Assembly: GCF_009914755.1 (NCBI RefSeq)
Contig: NC_060937.1
Strand: one strand, 5' to 3'
DNA length: 64,000 bases
Origin: the human T2T-CHM13v2.0 reference genome, Homo sapiens
Both the position numbers and the translations under genes were made by a program. This document shows, in pieces, positions 26,952 through 45,409 of this stretch (the first letter of the stretch is position 1; the number at the start of each line of letters is the position of its first letter). The notes under the pieces are model-generated. The model did no database searches. It was not told the DNA's origin and worked only from the letters and a program-made list of their open reading frames with translations.

Positions 26952-29900
26952 GGGGGGGTGGTATGAGGATTCCAGCTGCTCTGCATCACCAGCATTTGGG
27001 TTTGTCATTGATTATTTCTTCATTCCCTTAACATTTTAGCCATTCCAATAGATTTGTAGTGTTATCTTCTTATAATTTTATTATTTATTTAGTTGTTATT
27101 ATTACTTTAATTTATTTTTTGTTAAAATGTAGGTGTGTATATTTATGGGGTACAGGAGATATTTTGATGCAGGCATACAATGCGTAATAATCACATCAGC
27201 ATAAATAGAGTATCCATCACCTCAAGCATTTATCATTTCTTTGTGTTACAAACATGTAAGTTATGCTCCGTTATTTTTAAATTATTGTTGACTGTAATCA
27301 CCCTGTTGTGCTTATCAAATACTAGATCTTATTCTTATCCAATTAACTATTTTTTTTACCTATTAATCATCCCCACTTCTGCCTCTCCCAATACCCTTCA
27401 CAGCTTCTGATAACCATCGTTCTACTCTCTATCTCCATGAGTTTAATTGTTTTAAATTTTAGCTCCCACAAATGAGTGAGAACATGCAAACGTTGTCTTT
27501 CTGTCCTTGTCTTATTTCTCCTAACATAATGTCCTCCAGTTCAATCCATGTTGTTGCAAATGACAGGATCTCATTCTGTGTTATAAAATATGTATCACAT
27601 TTTCTTTATCCACTCATCTGTTGCTGAACATGTAGGTTGCTTCCAAATATTAGCTATTGTGAACAGTGCTGCAATAAACATGGGAGTGGAGATATCTCTT
27701 TGACATACTGATTTAATTATTAACAGTGGAATTGATGATCATATGGTAGTTCTATTTTTAGTTTTTTGATGAACCTCCCTACTCTTCTCCACAGTGGTTC
27801 TACTAATTTACATTCCCACCAATAATGTACGAGGGATCTCTTTTCTCCATGTCATTGCCAGCATTTGTTATTGCTTCTCTTTTGGATATAAGCCATTTTA
27901 ACTGGAGGGAGATGATAGCTCATTGTACTTTTGATTTGCATTTCTCTGATGATCAATGATCTTGAGCAAGTTTTCATATGCTTGTTTGCCATTTGAATGT
28001 CTTCCTTTGAGAAATATCTATTCAGATCTTTTAGCCACTTTAAAATCAGGTTATTAGATTTTTTTCCTGTAGAGTTGTTTGAGCTTCTTATGTATTGTGA
28101 TCATTAATCCCATGTCAGATGGATAGCTTACAAATGTTTTCTCCCATTCTGTGGTTTATCTCTTTATTTTGTTGATTGTTTCCTTTGCTGTGCAGACCCT
28201 TTTCAACCTGTGATTCCATTTGTTCATTTTTGCTTTGGTTGCCTGTGCTGTTGAAGTACTATTCAAGAAATGTTTGCCCAGACCAATGTCCTGGAGAGTT
28301 TCCCCAATCTTTAATTTTAGTAATTTCTGAGTTTCAGGTTTTAGATTTAAGTCTTTATTCTATTTTGATTTGATATTTGTATATGGTGAGAGATAGGAGT
28401 CTAGTTTCATTCTTCTGTGTATGAATAGGCAGCTTTCCCAGCACAGTTTATTGAAGAGACTTCTTTCCCCATTGTGTGTTCTTGGAAGCTTTGTCAAAAA
28501 TGAATTCACTATAAATGTATGGATTTTATGGATTTCTGATGGTTGCTATATTCCGTTCCATAACTTTATATGTTTTTAATGACAGCGCCATGTTGTTTTT
28601 GTTACTATAGCTCTGCAGTATAATCTGAAGTCAGGAAATGTGATTCCTCCAGTTTTGTTCTTTTTGCTCAGAATGGCTTTGGCTATTCTGGGTCTTTTGT
28701 GATTCCATATAAATTTTATGATTTTTTTCTATTTTGATGAAGAAGGTCATTAGAATTTTAATAGGAATTGCATTTAATTTTGTAGATTGCTTTGGGTAGT
28801 ATGAACATTTTAATGATATTGATTTATCCAATTCTTGAACATGGAATATCTTTCCATTTTTTTGTGTTCTCTTTAATTTCTTGCATCAATGTTTAGTAGT
28901 TTTCTTGTATAGAGCTTTCACTTTTTTGGTTAAGTTTATTCCTAGCTATCTTATTTTATTTGTAGTTATTGTGAATGGAATTACTTTCGAGATGTCTTTT
29001 TTTAGATTGTTCACTGTTGGCACATAGAAATGCCACTGATTTATGTATGTTGATTTTGTATCCTGAGACTTTATTAAATTTATCAGTTCTAAGAGTTTCT
29101 TGGTGGTTTCTTTAGGTTTTTTTGAATATAAGATCATATCATGATTGGAAAACCCTAAAGACTTCACCAAAAGATAATTCGACTTTTTCCTTTCCAATTT
29201 GGATGCTCTTTATTTCTTTCTCTTGTCTGATTGCTCTAGCTAGGACTTCCAGTACTATGTTTAATAACAGTGGTTATAGTGTACACTGTTGCTGTATTTC
29301 AGATCTTAGAGGAAACGCTTTCAGTTTTTCCCAGTTCAGTATGATACTAGTTGTGGATCTGTCATATGTGGCTTTTATTCTGCTGAGGTATATCCCTATT
29401 ATACCCAGTTTTTTGAGTGTTTTCATCATAAAGGGATGTTGAATTTTATCAAGTGCTTTTTTAGTATTAATTAAAATGATCATATGGTTTTTGTCCTTCA
29501 TTCTGTTGATATGATGTATCATATTGATTGATTACATATGTTGAACAGTTCTTGCCTCCTTGGGGTAAATAAATCCCACTGCATCATGATGAATGATATT
29601 TCTAATGTGTTGGTAAATTAAATTTGATAGTATTTTGTTGGGGATTTTTGCATCAATGTTCATCAGGGATGTTGCCCTATAGTTTTATTTTTTTAATATG
29701 TCTATATCTGGTTTTGTTATCAGGGTGATATTAGCCTGGTAGAATGAGTTTGGAAGTAATCCCTCCTATTCTATTTTTTGGAATAGTTTGAGTAGGATTA
29801 GTATTACATCTTTTGGTAAAATTCACCAGTGAAACCATTGGGTCCCTGTCTGTTTTGCTGGGAGACTGTTCATTATAACTTTTATCTCATTACTTGCAAT

Positions 29901-31526
29901 TGGTCTATTTAGATTTTGAATTTCTTCATTGTTTGATCTTGGTAGGTTGTATGTATCTAGGAATTTATCCGTTTCTTACAGGCCTTCCAATTTATTCGTG
30001 TGTAGTTGCACATAATATTCTCTAATGCCCATAGTAGTCTTTTGAATTTCTACTGTATCAATTGTAATGTCTCCTTCTGCATAGCTGATTTAATTTATTT
30101 GGGTCTTCTCTCTTTTTTTCTGTCTGGATAAATATTTGTCAGTTTTGTTTATCTTTTCAAAAAACAAACTCATTTTATTGATCTTTTGTATTGTTTTCCT
30201 TATTTCACTTTTATTTATTTCTGCTTTGATCATTAGTATTTCTTTTATTCTATTAATTTTGGCTTCGGCTTCCTCTTGCTTTTCTAATTCTTTAAGTTGC
30301 ATCATTAAGTTGTTTATTTGAAAGATTTCTAGTTTTTTTAAATGAAGCCACTTATTGCTATTAAATTTCCTCTTAGTACTGCTTTCACTGTATTCTGTAG
30401 ATTTTGGTATGTTGTGATTCCATTTTCACTTTTTCAAGAAATACTTTAATATCCTTCTTAATTTCTTCAGTTATCCACTCATTATTCAGGTGCATATTAT
30501 ATAATTTTCATGTGTTTGCATAATTTCCAGAGTTTCTCTTGTTATTGATTTCTAGTTTTTTATTACCTGTGGTCAGAGATAATATTTGATAAGATTTCAA
30601 TTTTTAGATTTTTAAAATATTTTTCATGACCTAACATATGGTATATCTTTGAGAATGATCCATGCACTTAAGAGAAGAATGTGCATCCTGCAACAGTTAG
30701 ATAGAATGTTCTGTAAGTATCTATTAGGTCCATTTGTTCTATACTGCAGATTAAGTCTGATTTTTGTTGTTGTTGATTTTCTCTCTGGATGATATGGAGA
30801 GTGCTGAAAGTGGGGTGTTTATGCCTCAAGCTCTTACTGTATTAGGGTGTATATCTTTCTTTAGCTATAATAGTACTTGCATTATATATCTGGGTGTTCC
30901 AGTGTTCCAGTGTTTGGGTGCATATATATTAACAATTGTTATAGCCTCTTGCCGAATTGACCCTTTTAACATTATATAATGACCCTCTTTGTCTCTTTTT
31001 ATAGTTTTTGTCTTAAACTCTATTTTATCTGATATAAGCATAGTTATTGCTGCTGATTTTTGGTTAACATTGGCATGGAATATCTTTTTCTATCCCTTTA
31101 TTTTCAGTCTCTATGTGTCTTTATAGGTGAAGTCAGTTTCTCTTAGGAAACAGATTGTTGGGTCTTTTTTTTCGATCCATTCAACCCATTTAATGTCTTT
31201 TTGGTCCATTTACAGCCAATGATATTGTTAAGTAAGAATGAACTATTGCAATTTTAGTATTTGTTTTTGGTTGTTTTGTGATCTTCTCTTCCTTCCTTCT
31301 TGTCTTCCTTTTTGTGAAGGTGATTTTCTCTAGTGGTATGTTTTAATTTCTTGCTTTTTATTTTTTTGTGTATCTGTTGTGTCTATTTTTTTATTTAAAG
31401 TTACCATGAAGCTTACATATAACATCTTATAACTCATTATATTAAACTGATGACATCTTAACGCTGACTGCAAAAACAAACAAGCAAAGAGAAAACTAAT
31501 AAAAACTCTATCCTTCACTTCATCCA

Positions 31527-31847
<321 letters not shown>

Positions 31848-34064
31848 TCACTTCATCCACTCTCTATTTTGTTGTTTCTATTTATATCTTACTAAATGTC
31901 TTGAAAAGTTGTTGTAGTTATTATTTTTGATAGGTTTATCTTTTAGTCTTTCCTCTCAATATATGGGTAGTTTACATACCATAATTACAATGTTAAAATA
32001 TTCTGTGTTTGTCTGTATACTTCCTATAACCAGTGAGTTTTGTACCTTCAAATAATTTCCTATTGCTTGTTAATGTCCTTTCTTGCAGATTGAAGAACTC
32101 TCTTTAGCATTTCTTATAGGACAGGTTTGGTGTTGATGAAATCTCTCAGCTTTTTTTGGTCTGGAAAAGTCATTATTTGTCCTTCACATTTGAAGGATAT
32201 TTTTGCCAGATATACATTTTAGGAAGCAAAATTACTTTCGTCAGCACTTTAAATGTTGTATCACTCTCTCCTGGTCTGTAAGATTTCCACTGAGAAGTCT
32301 GCTGATGGTCATATTGGAGCTCCATCATATGTGATTCGTTTCTTTTCTCATGCTGCTTTTAGAATGCTTTATTTATCCTTGATCTTTGGGAATTTTATTA
32401 TTGTCTTGAGATAGTTTATTTGGATTAAATCTCTTGGTTTTCTATAACCCTATACTTCAATATTTATTTTTCTTTAGATTTGAAAAGTTTTCTGTTATTA
32501 TCCTTTTGAATAAACTTTCTACCCCATCTCTCTTTGTACCTCCTCTTTAAGGCCAATAACCTTCAGATTTGCCGTGTTGAGACTATTTTCTAGATCTTGT
32601 AAGCGTGTTTCATTCTTTTAAAGTATTTTTTCTTTTGACTGTGTGTGACTCCTCTGGCTGTGTATTTTCAAATAGCCTGTCTTCAAGCTCACTAATTCTT
32701 TCTTCTGCTTGATCACTTCTGCTGTTGAGAGAGACTCTCAGGTATTCGTCTGTATGTCAATCGAATTTGTCAGCTCCAGAATTTGTGCTTGATTTAAAAA
32801 AAATTTCAATCTTTTTGTTAAATTTATCTGATAGTATTCTCAATTCATTCTCTGTGTTATCTTGAATTTCACAAGCTTTCTCAAAAGAGCTATCTTGAAT
32901 TTTCTGTCTGAAAGTCATTATCTCTGTCACTCTGGGATTGTTCGCTGGTGCCTTATTTAGTTTGTCTGGTGAGGTCATGTTTTCCTGGGTGGTCTTGATA
33001 CTTGTGGATGTTTGTTGATGTCTCAGCATTAAGGAGTTAGGTATTTATTTAGTCTTCATACTCTTGGCTTGTTTGTAACTGTCTGTCTTGGGAAGGCATT
33101 TCAAGTATTCAAAGAAAATTGAGTGTTGTGATCTAAATCTTTGGTCGCTGCAGCTATATCTGCATTTGGGGGTACCTGAAGCCCAGTAACCCTGTGGCTC
33201 TTGCTGCCTCATAGAGGTAATGCCTTGGTGGACTAGGGCAAGATCTGAAATAATTACCTGGATTATCAGGCAGAGACTCTTGTTTTTTTCCCCTTATTTT
33301 CCCCCAAACAAAGGGAATCTCTTTCTCCTTGCTGAGCTGCCTGGAGCTGGGAGAGGGATATCACAAGCATTCCTGTTGCCCCCACTGTGACTCTGCTGGG
33401 TCATACATGAAGAAAGTACAGCACTGGGTCTTGCCCAAGGCCCATGGCAAACACAGCCTGGCTACTGTCAATATTCACTCAAGGCCCAAGGGTTATTCCG
33501 TCAGCAGGTGGAAAATCCAGCCATGCCTGTCCTTTCCTTCAGGACAGCAAGCTTCCCACGGGCCCAGGGCAGTTCCAGGAATGCTGTGTTGCAGACAGGG
33601 TCTGGAGTCAGGAACTTTAGGAATCTCCTTGCTGTTTTATTCTCCTATGGTTGAGTTTGCACCCAGGGCACAAGACTGTCCTTCCCACTCTTCCCTATCC
33701 TTTCCTCAAGCAGATGGAGTCCCTCCGCATGGCTGCCACCACCCCAGGCCTTTGGCAAATACTACCTGGCTACCACCAATATTCATTCAAGGCCCAAAGT
33801 CTCTTCAGTCAGCTTGTGGTGGATGCTGTCAGGCCTAGGCCTCTCTCTCCAGGTCAGTGGGCTCCCCTCTGGCCCAGGGCAGGTCCAGAAATGCCATCCA
33901 GGAGTCAAGTCTTAGAATCAGCGACCGCAGGAGCCTACTTGTTGCTTTACCCTACTGTGCCCAAGGTGGTACCCAAGCTGCAAGACAAAGACCCCTTTAT
34001 TATTCCCTCTCCTTTTCTTCAAGCAGACGGAATCTCTCTTGATAGCCACCAGAACTGGGCATGT

Positions 34065-34413
<349 letters not shown>

Positions 34414-36625
34414 TTACACCTGAAGTCAGCACAACAATGGGTCTCACCTAAGGCCTCTGGCAAGTACTATCTGGCTACTGTTTATGTTTATTGAAGGCCC
34501 AAGGGTTCTTTAGTCAGTAGGTGATAGAGCCTACTGGTACTGGATCCTTCCCTTCAAGGCAGCAGGTTCACTTTTGGACCAGGGTGTGTCTAGAAATGTC
34601 ATCCAGGGGCTAGGACCTGAAATGGGGACCACAGGACTCTGCCTGGTGCCCTATTCTACTGTGGCTGAGCTGGTATCCAAGTTGTAAGGCAAAGGCCCCT
34701 TTATTCTCCCCTGACCTCCCCTGAAGCTGGGGGAAGGCGTCTCTCCTGGAGCTGCAAGCTGTGCTGTCTGGGGTTGGGGGATGGATGATGCAAGCCAGAT
34801 AGTACTTGCCACAAGCCTTTGGTAAGACCCAGTGATGTGTTGGCTTCAAGTGTAACCCAGCGCATGCCTAGTTTTGGCGGCTATTGAGAGAGACTCCTTC
34901 TGCTTGAAGAAAGGGGAGGGAACAATAAAGGAGACTTTGTCTTGCAAAATGCTTGGCTGCCCTGGCTGGCATCTCACTAGGTTGCAAACACCCTAAGTCC
35001 ACTGGCTCTGAGCCCAGCACAGCACTAGGACTTGCCCAGGAATTGCAGTTTTTGTAGCCTAAACTGCCGTTTGTTTATTTAGTACCTCAGAGTACTTTAG
35101 CCTGTGGTGGTGGTGCTATCTGGAACTCAGGTTCAGACTGCTGGGACAGATGAATCCCCAATGACTAGGGCTGGTCTAAATACTCCTTCTGTTGGCACTG
35201 GCGGAATTCCGTCCTGACGTGCTTTCCACTGTGACAGGCATCACTGAGTTCAGATGCAAAGTCCCACAGTCACTGTGCTATCCCTTCCCCGACTACATAG
35301 ATTCTCTCTCCATGCCACGTGGCTGCTACCAGGGGATGGGAGAGGAGAGGTGTTGATAATCCAAGATCATCTTTTCTTTCCTACCCTCTTCAGTGCCTCT
35401 TGCTTTGCAGTGATGTTAAAACAAGGCACTATGATTGCTCATCTGATGTTTGATTCCTCTGAACATGCTTTCTTGCATGCATAGTTACTCAATTTGGGGT
35501 TCCTGTGAGAGGGACAGTCGCTGGAGGGTCTTATTCAGCTATCTTGCTCCACCTCTTCTTACAATTTGAACTATCACTTACCTAATGGCTAGAACTATTG
35601 AGACTTTTTGCACATGTTTATGTATTCATTGGAAAAGTGCCTGTTCAGATCTTTTCTCATTTTTACTGGATTGTCTGTTTTCTTACTCCTGACGTTAGCA
35701 AGTTTTTTCAACACTCTAAATAAAGTCATTTGCTACATTTGCATTTTGTAAATATTTTCTCCTTATCTATAGTTTGTATTTCCATTCATTTAACCACATC
35801 TTTCAGAAAGCAAATATTTTCAGTTTCAATGAAGTTTTATTTTTTCTTTTATCTATTACAGTTTTGGTGTTATATTTAGGAATTCTTTGCCTAACACAAA
35901 GTCATGAAGTTTTTCTCTATTTATTCTTTTAAAAAATCAATTTTACCTTTTTAATTATTTCTATTATATATTTTGAGTTAATATTTTGTGTAAGGTGTGA
36001 GGTTTATATTGAGGTTCATTTTGTTTGTTTGCACATAGATGTCCAGTTTTTCCATTGCCATTTGTTGAAAAGATTATCCTTCCTCCATTGAATCTCCTGG
36101 ATCTCTATTTTGTTTCATTGATCTATGTGCCTGTTCCTTCACCAATACCATAGTCTTACTTATTGTAGCTTACAATGATAGTTGTAACTGAGTAGTGTGA
36201 GTCTTCCATTTTCTTCTTTTTTTGCTCAAATTGTTTTGGCTATCACAGTTGCTTTTTATTTTTTTGTAAAATTTTAGAATCAATTTGTCCATACCTACAA
36301 AACAACTCAAGAGCTCAGATCTTCATTTGTGCTTTGATCTGCAATGACCTTTTCTCAATAACAACTATCTTATTATCCCAAATTTCCAAATGGAGACTCC
36401 AGCTTAAATCACAGCCTTTCTTTGGGCTGCCAATATCTTGTATTGAGAAATATCTAATATTTATCTAGAAATATCCTAATGACTAACATTTAGTAAGTTC
36501 TACCTGAGAGGGCAGGCCTTCTCCCAAAGTGACTCAGTATTTGGCACTCAGGTGTCTGAGTGTGGCTTTTCAACCTTAGCTTTGCCTGTTTCCTAAAAGG
36601 TTTAGAGAGAAGAGTAGTTGAAACT

Positions 36626-39434
<2,809 letters not shown>

Positions 39435-39515
39435 TAGTTGAAACTATTAATATAAATCACGTCTTAAATTTACTATGAATTTTAGTTATCTGGGTATCAA
39501 CGTCTATTTTAGTAA

Positions 39516-39841
<326 letters not shown>

Positions 39842-40221
39842 TATTTTAGTAATTTTTAAAGAATAATTGTTTAACTAATGACGTTATTAAGTCTGAGGAA
39901 TCAGTGTTGAGGATTTTTGTTTTTGTTGTTCTTTTTAAGTAGTTCTTATAGTCACACTTGAAATATAGCAAATGGATATTTTGACCAGGAATTCCAAGCT
40001 TGTGGATGTAGGAGATAGTATGTCAACAACCAGTTCAACTTTATTTAAACCAATAAAATATGATATCTGTGTTTTTCAAGTTCAGTTTTATTTATTTTTT
40101 GTTTATGCTTCTATGGGGATTAGCTCATTATGATTACTTGTTGATGAGTTAAGCATCCCCCCACCTCCTGTTCTACACATCAATCACATACATATTAAGG
40201 AAAAAAATACCAATGTGATAA

Positions 40222-40575
<354 letters not shown>

Positions 40576-41207
40576 CATATTCACACATCCTAAAGTTGGA
40601 TTGGGAACAATTTTACCTTCATTTTCAAGTAACCATATTAGTGTGCTAAAGGCTCTATTTTAGTACGATCTAGGACCAGGTATTTCTGAGAAGCACCACT
40701 TACTAGAAAATCCCCATGGAGTATCTGGTTGTCCTCTTTTTCATGCTTGGATACACAGTCATGTTTGCTTGAAAAGATGCAAGGCCAACATAGGAATCAT
40801 TTATCTCTAGATTTCATCTGAAGCTCCTCTTGTTGGGGCTCCGGGACTTGTGCCTCCTGGGCTGAGTTGCTAAGGCTATGAACAAAAGTGTCTTTTTATA
40901 CTGCTGAACTGGATTGTTTCCACTGCAATTACTTTAAAGGGAGGACAATTTCACTTCCAGTGAACTACAGGGGCTAGATGATATGAGTCAGAAAATTGGA
41001 TGTAAAATGCACACCATTTTATGTCCCCAAGGACCACATGCTCCTCTAAAATTTTCTGTCTTGGAATCTTTATTGTCTAATTTGCTAAGTGTATATCATG
41101 GGTATTTTAACTAAGTCATAGCCTATTAACTGACAATAGAAGAGTTTATATTTTAAGAATTTGAAAGACTTTACACAGTTTCATTTAGGTTTGTAGTTCA
41201 GTTAAAT

Positions 41208-41446
41208 CAGGTTTTCTCAGCTGTGGGAGTACTGACATTTTGGGTGGATAGTTCTTTGCGTTGGTTGGGGGCAGGGGGCTATCCTATATGTTGTAGGATG
41301 TTTAACAGCATCCCTGGCCTCTACCCACCAGACGTCTGCAACTCTTTCCCTCTATCTCCAGTCAGAACAATCACAAATGTCTCCAGACACTGTTACCTGA
41401 CGCTGGGGAGTCGGAAAGCTAAACCGTCCCTAGCCGAGAACTACTG
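41208..41446 (+). mobile_element. MER20 hAT DNA transposon
   Basis: tgacattttggg...tgtaggatgtttaacagcatccctggcctctacccac...aatgtctccagaca...gagaactactg; degenerate 8-bp TSD agttaaat/agttagaa. Confidence 0.88.
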
Positions 41447-42695
41447 AGTTAGAAAACGGTAGCAGTAAGTAGCAATGTGTTTGCAGTGTTTGTGACTTCA
41501 AGTTTGGAAATAAAGTCTTAATTTAAAGACCAAAAAAAATTACATTTTGGAAAACTTGTGTTAAAGCCTTCACAGTGAAGGTGAGCTATAAAATGCATTG
41601 GCATTTATATTAAATGGATGTATTAAAATAGTCCGATGTTACAAATTTCCCAAGTCCCCAATATCTCTTTTCAAGCACGGATGACATAAAATCATAAGTT
41701 GCACATATGTGTCAAATTCACTTACTTTTGTGATTTAATTTTGCCATAAAATATTTACTTTTCCTTTATAGACAAGTTTATTCTTCTGGCTGTTGGATAT
41801 TTGTATTTTATGCTGAACTCAATGGATTATAATAGAGCAGCTATTTGTGGAATCGTGTGAAAATATTCATGGCATTTTATTTTAGAATCACACATCTTCG
41901 TATTTAGTGCTGCAATTTTATGCAATTCACTTATGAAATGAATATGTTTTTCCTGTTTTTTAAAACTCATTTTCGTCCTTCTAAGTACCTCAGCAGGAGG
42001 TCTTTAATAGCTGTAATGTACTATTTTTCTGTTTGACTTTGCTTGTCTCTCTACAGAAGGCTAGTAACTAGTCATCTAATGCTACCTCCTCTTCTCTCTA
42101 TTGTGTGGTATGTGAAGTCAGACTGATTTTTCTTAGATTTAAAATGGAGGATAGAATTATTCTCTTGAGACAGTAACTCTAAATTTTTTTCATTCATATG
42201 AGGACTATTTAAGACTCAAGGATATGAATGAAAGGAAGTAGCATGATTTGTTACAGGGTAATTTTTTATTAGGAAGTAAAACATTTTAAACAATAACATT
42301 TACATCACATAATTTAATATTTATACTCCCAGATAAATAAACCTCAGGTAATTCAGAAGTAGTAAGGAATGTTTCCACAATTTCAAAAAGTATTTGTTAT
42401 TGTAACATAATTATATGTAAAATATAAACATTTTAGTTTGTTCTTTTTAATAACCACTTATTAAAATGTTAAGGAGATCTGGTATTAAAATAAAACATTT
42501 ATTATACTGAAAATCCAGCTGAAAATGGTCACTTCTTCCTTTGGAAAGCATTGTTTACACAATTGTAAATAACATAATGACAGTCTAAAATAGCCTTTGC
42601 AACTAGAAATGTAATCCATCTTTCTCCCATCTTTGCGAAGGTGACTTTCACCACTGTATTTAGACACAGACTAGCTAGGTACTGCAAGGGATTAC

Positions 42696-42772
42696 ATGTA
42701 TGTATGTATGTATGTATGTATGTATGTATTTAGAGATAGAGTTTCACTCTTGTTGCCCAGTCTGGAGTGCAA
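42696..42772 (-). mobile_element. Alu 3' stub with (TATG)n-converted tail
   Basis: (atgt)8 followed by gagatagagtttcactcttgttgcccagtctggagtgcaa. Confidence 0.8.
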
Positions 42773-43542
42773 AACTAAACAAAGTACACACCCAAGAAAA
42801 TAACATGATTTTTAATTCCTCTTTAGCTTGAAAGAGTAGTAGTAACTTCATTCTTTCTGTATGCGTATAAAGCTCAACAGAGAAGTCTGTTCTAGGACCA
42901 GGAGTCATGAGACACAGTGGTGAGGTGGCTAACTTTGAAGCCCATGACCCAGGGAGGCATCAAACCATAAGAGATTGGAGTGGGATGGTTTCTGGGGAAG
43001 CACTGCTGGCCAGTTTTGGGAGTAGGGGTAACCAGGAATTTTCAAAGTTTTCTGTTTATTTTCAGCACACTTTAAAATACTACTAGTTTTCATGTAATAC
43101 CCGAAGGGATTAGCAGACACGAGCAAAACTAACCCGGTGCCCAGGGATGACAGCACACTCACTTACCTTATGTAAGCTCTTAAAGCACCCATAAGGCACC
43201 CTAAATACACCATTCTGTTACTTGCCTTTCAGCGCTCAGCAGTTTCAGTGGAACTGTTTCCTGCCTTCTAAATGTTCTGTCATTGACGCCCATGACAAAA
43301 TTCATGAACGCCCCAGGAGACACGGTCATTCCCAGCCTCATGCCCCTGAGCTCCCAGCCCACAGCATCAACTCCAGGCTGGCCTCATGAGTTACTCAGCT
43401 GAACGCTTGCAGATACTGTTCTGTATCAGGTGAGCAATGATATTTGCTCGCCCACTGAGCCCTGTGAAGAGGCTCCAAGCCCTTCATCTCATCAAGGGGC
43501 AGTGAACATGGATCAGTCCATGGGACAGTGCTCCCTGCCCCA

Positions 43543-43743
43543 TCCCTGCACGTGGCAGTCATTACCAATCCATTGGCACAACAGTCCCAGTGAGTGCTCA
43601 GACTTAGTCCTCCCTCACACATGGCAGACATTACCAATTAACACACTATTCCCAGTGAGTGCTCGGACTGAGTCCTCCCTCACACGTGGCAGACATTACC
43701 AACTAACACACTATTCTCAGTGAGTGCTTGGACTGAGTCCTTC
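43543..43743. repeat. Minisatellite, 3 copies of a 65-68-bp unit
   Basis: unit tccctcacac(a/g)tggcagacattaccaa..aacacactatt..cagtgagtgct.ggactgagtcc starting at 43543, 43611 and 43676. Confidence 0.92.
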
Positions 43744-44599
43744 ATCAAATAGCCCATAGGAAGCCACTGCTAATTTATTAAGTTAGGACTATGGTTGAAA
43801 GCTTTATACCATCCTTATTCTGATTCTCTCTTTGTCACTGTGAAGTGGTGTCATCTTTGGCTAACTGCACCTATTGATCTTGACTTTTTCATCTGTAAAA
43901 TAAAAAGGGACTTATTTTTCAATTCTACCATAATTAGCCTGACTGAAAGAAGGAAGGTGGAATATATAAAATCTGATACTTTTTCCAATTTATTATTCTA
44001 TCATGAAAAACATATGATATTAGGTTGCCTGCAAGAATTTGAACACTTCACTTGCTTATTATGACTTATATGTTAGCAGGTTACTTTATTATAGTTATTG
44101 AGAAACATTTATAACAATTCTATTTACAAAAGAAACCTAGATTATTACCCAGAAATTATTTTTCAGTGGTGATCAAGAATTCTTTAAGTTAAAGTCAAGT
44201 AACAGTACAATAAAATGTCTTTTTTCTTAAAGAACACCTTTTTTCCAGCATTTTTTCTAAAAAGTTTCATGTCTTTGTAATTAACTATAGGTTCCAATTA
44301 AACCATTTTTAGCACTCAGTATTCACATGAGAACAATTCGACCCAAATTCACTTAACATATGGAGCTGCGGCTGTTACAGAAAAACGAGCTGAAGAAATC
44401 TCTGATGTTCTCCCAAGTCCCAGGTGTAGTCACTAAAACACCAAACTGAGGGTTTCAGTCAGCTTCCAGTGATACAGTATTAAAAGAACTACCATTGCTA
44501 GCAATTTGATTATGTAATAAACATTCTCTTTGGAAATGGCTAGATTTTTGGAGGAAGGGGCAGAACTGTACTTATGAGGCATGAGATCACAGTACTTAA

Positions 44600-44780
44600 C
44601 AGCTATAGCCTCTGGAGACAGCTGTCTTGGTGAAGGCACTTGTGTGACCTTGTGTGACCTCGGGAGGTTATAGGACATCTTTATACCTTGCTTCTGCATG
44701 TGTGAAGAAGGGGTTGCCCTAGGGCACCATGTGCTTGTGTGGCTAACTTGGCTACTATATGCACAATGCTGGGGATGCTG
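44600..44780 (+). mobile_element. MIR SINE (degenerate)
   Basis: tgtgtgacctcgggaggtta...ttctgcatgtgtgaa. Confidence 0.5.
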
Positions 44781-45409
44781 TCTGTTAACTAGTATTGGTC
44801 CACTACATGTAAACCATGATCCTTAACAAAGAAAAGTGTTCCAGGTTGTCAGGTGTCCCTGCTGTGAACAAATGCTCAGGAAGCAGCTACAGCGTTCAGA
44901 GTTGTTGCCTGTCAGATATGATGAGGTCACAAGCTGGTTCAACAGTGGCCTTGGGGTCAGAAAACAAGACTGTGCTGTCAGGGATTTGGACATCCTGAAG
45001 CAGGTCAGTGATGATGAAGCCCATCAACCTTCCGTTCCCCTTGAGGATTTTAGGCTCTCAGCCCCAGAGCCTCCCACAGTGCTGAGGACTGGGAGCCAAG
45101 GAGATGCCGGCTTTTGGAGACCTGCTTTTGTGTTTCTGGGCTCTCTCAGGTGAGGTCTTCGCTTCCTCACTCACCAGTCAGGAGTGTGCAAAATGGGCCT
45201 GTCTCATCTGTCCATGACAGGGCTTGGCACCTCCTCCAAAGTACCACTGAGTTCATGGCACCATCGCCAGGCACCATTCAGGACCACTCTAATGATGCCT
45301 GGTCTCTGGGACAAGTCCTTCACTGCTGCGATTGTCTTCAGGTCCAGGGCCTTCTCCTGAGTTCTGCGTTGTCAGGTGAAAGTGGAGATCTTGGCTTATA
45401 AGTGGGGAC

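Noticed and set aside
43543-43743. CRISPR-like array
   Set aside because: Units are head-to-tail with no unique spacers, there are no cas genes, and the DNA is primate
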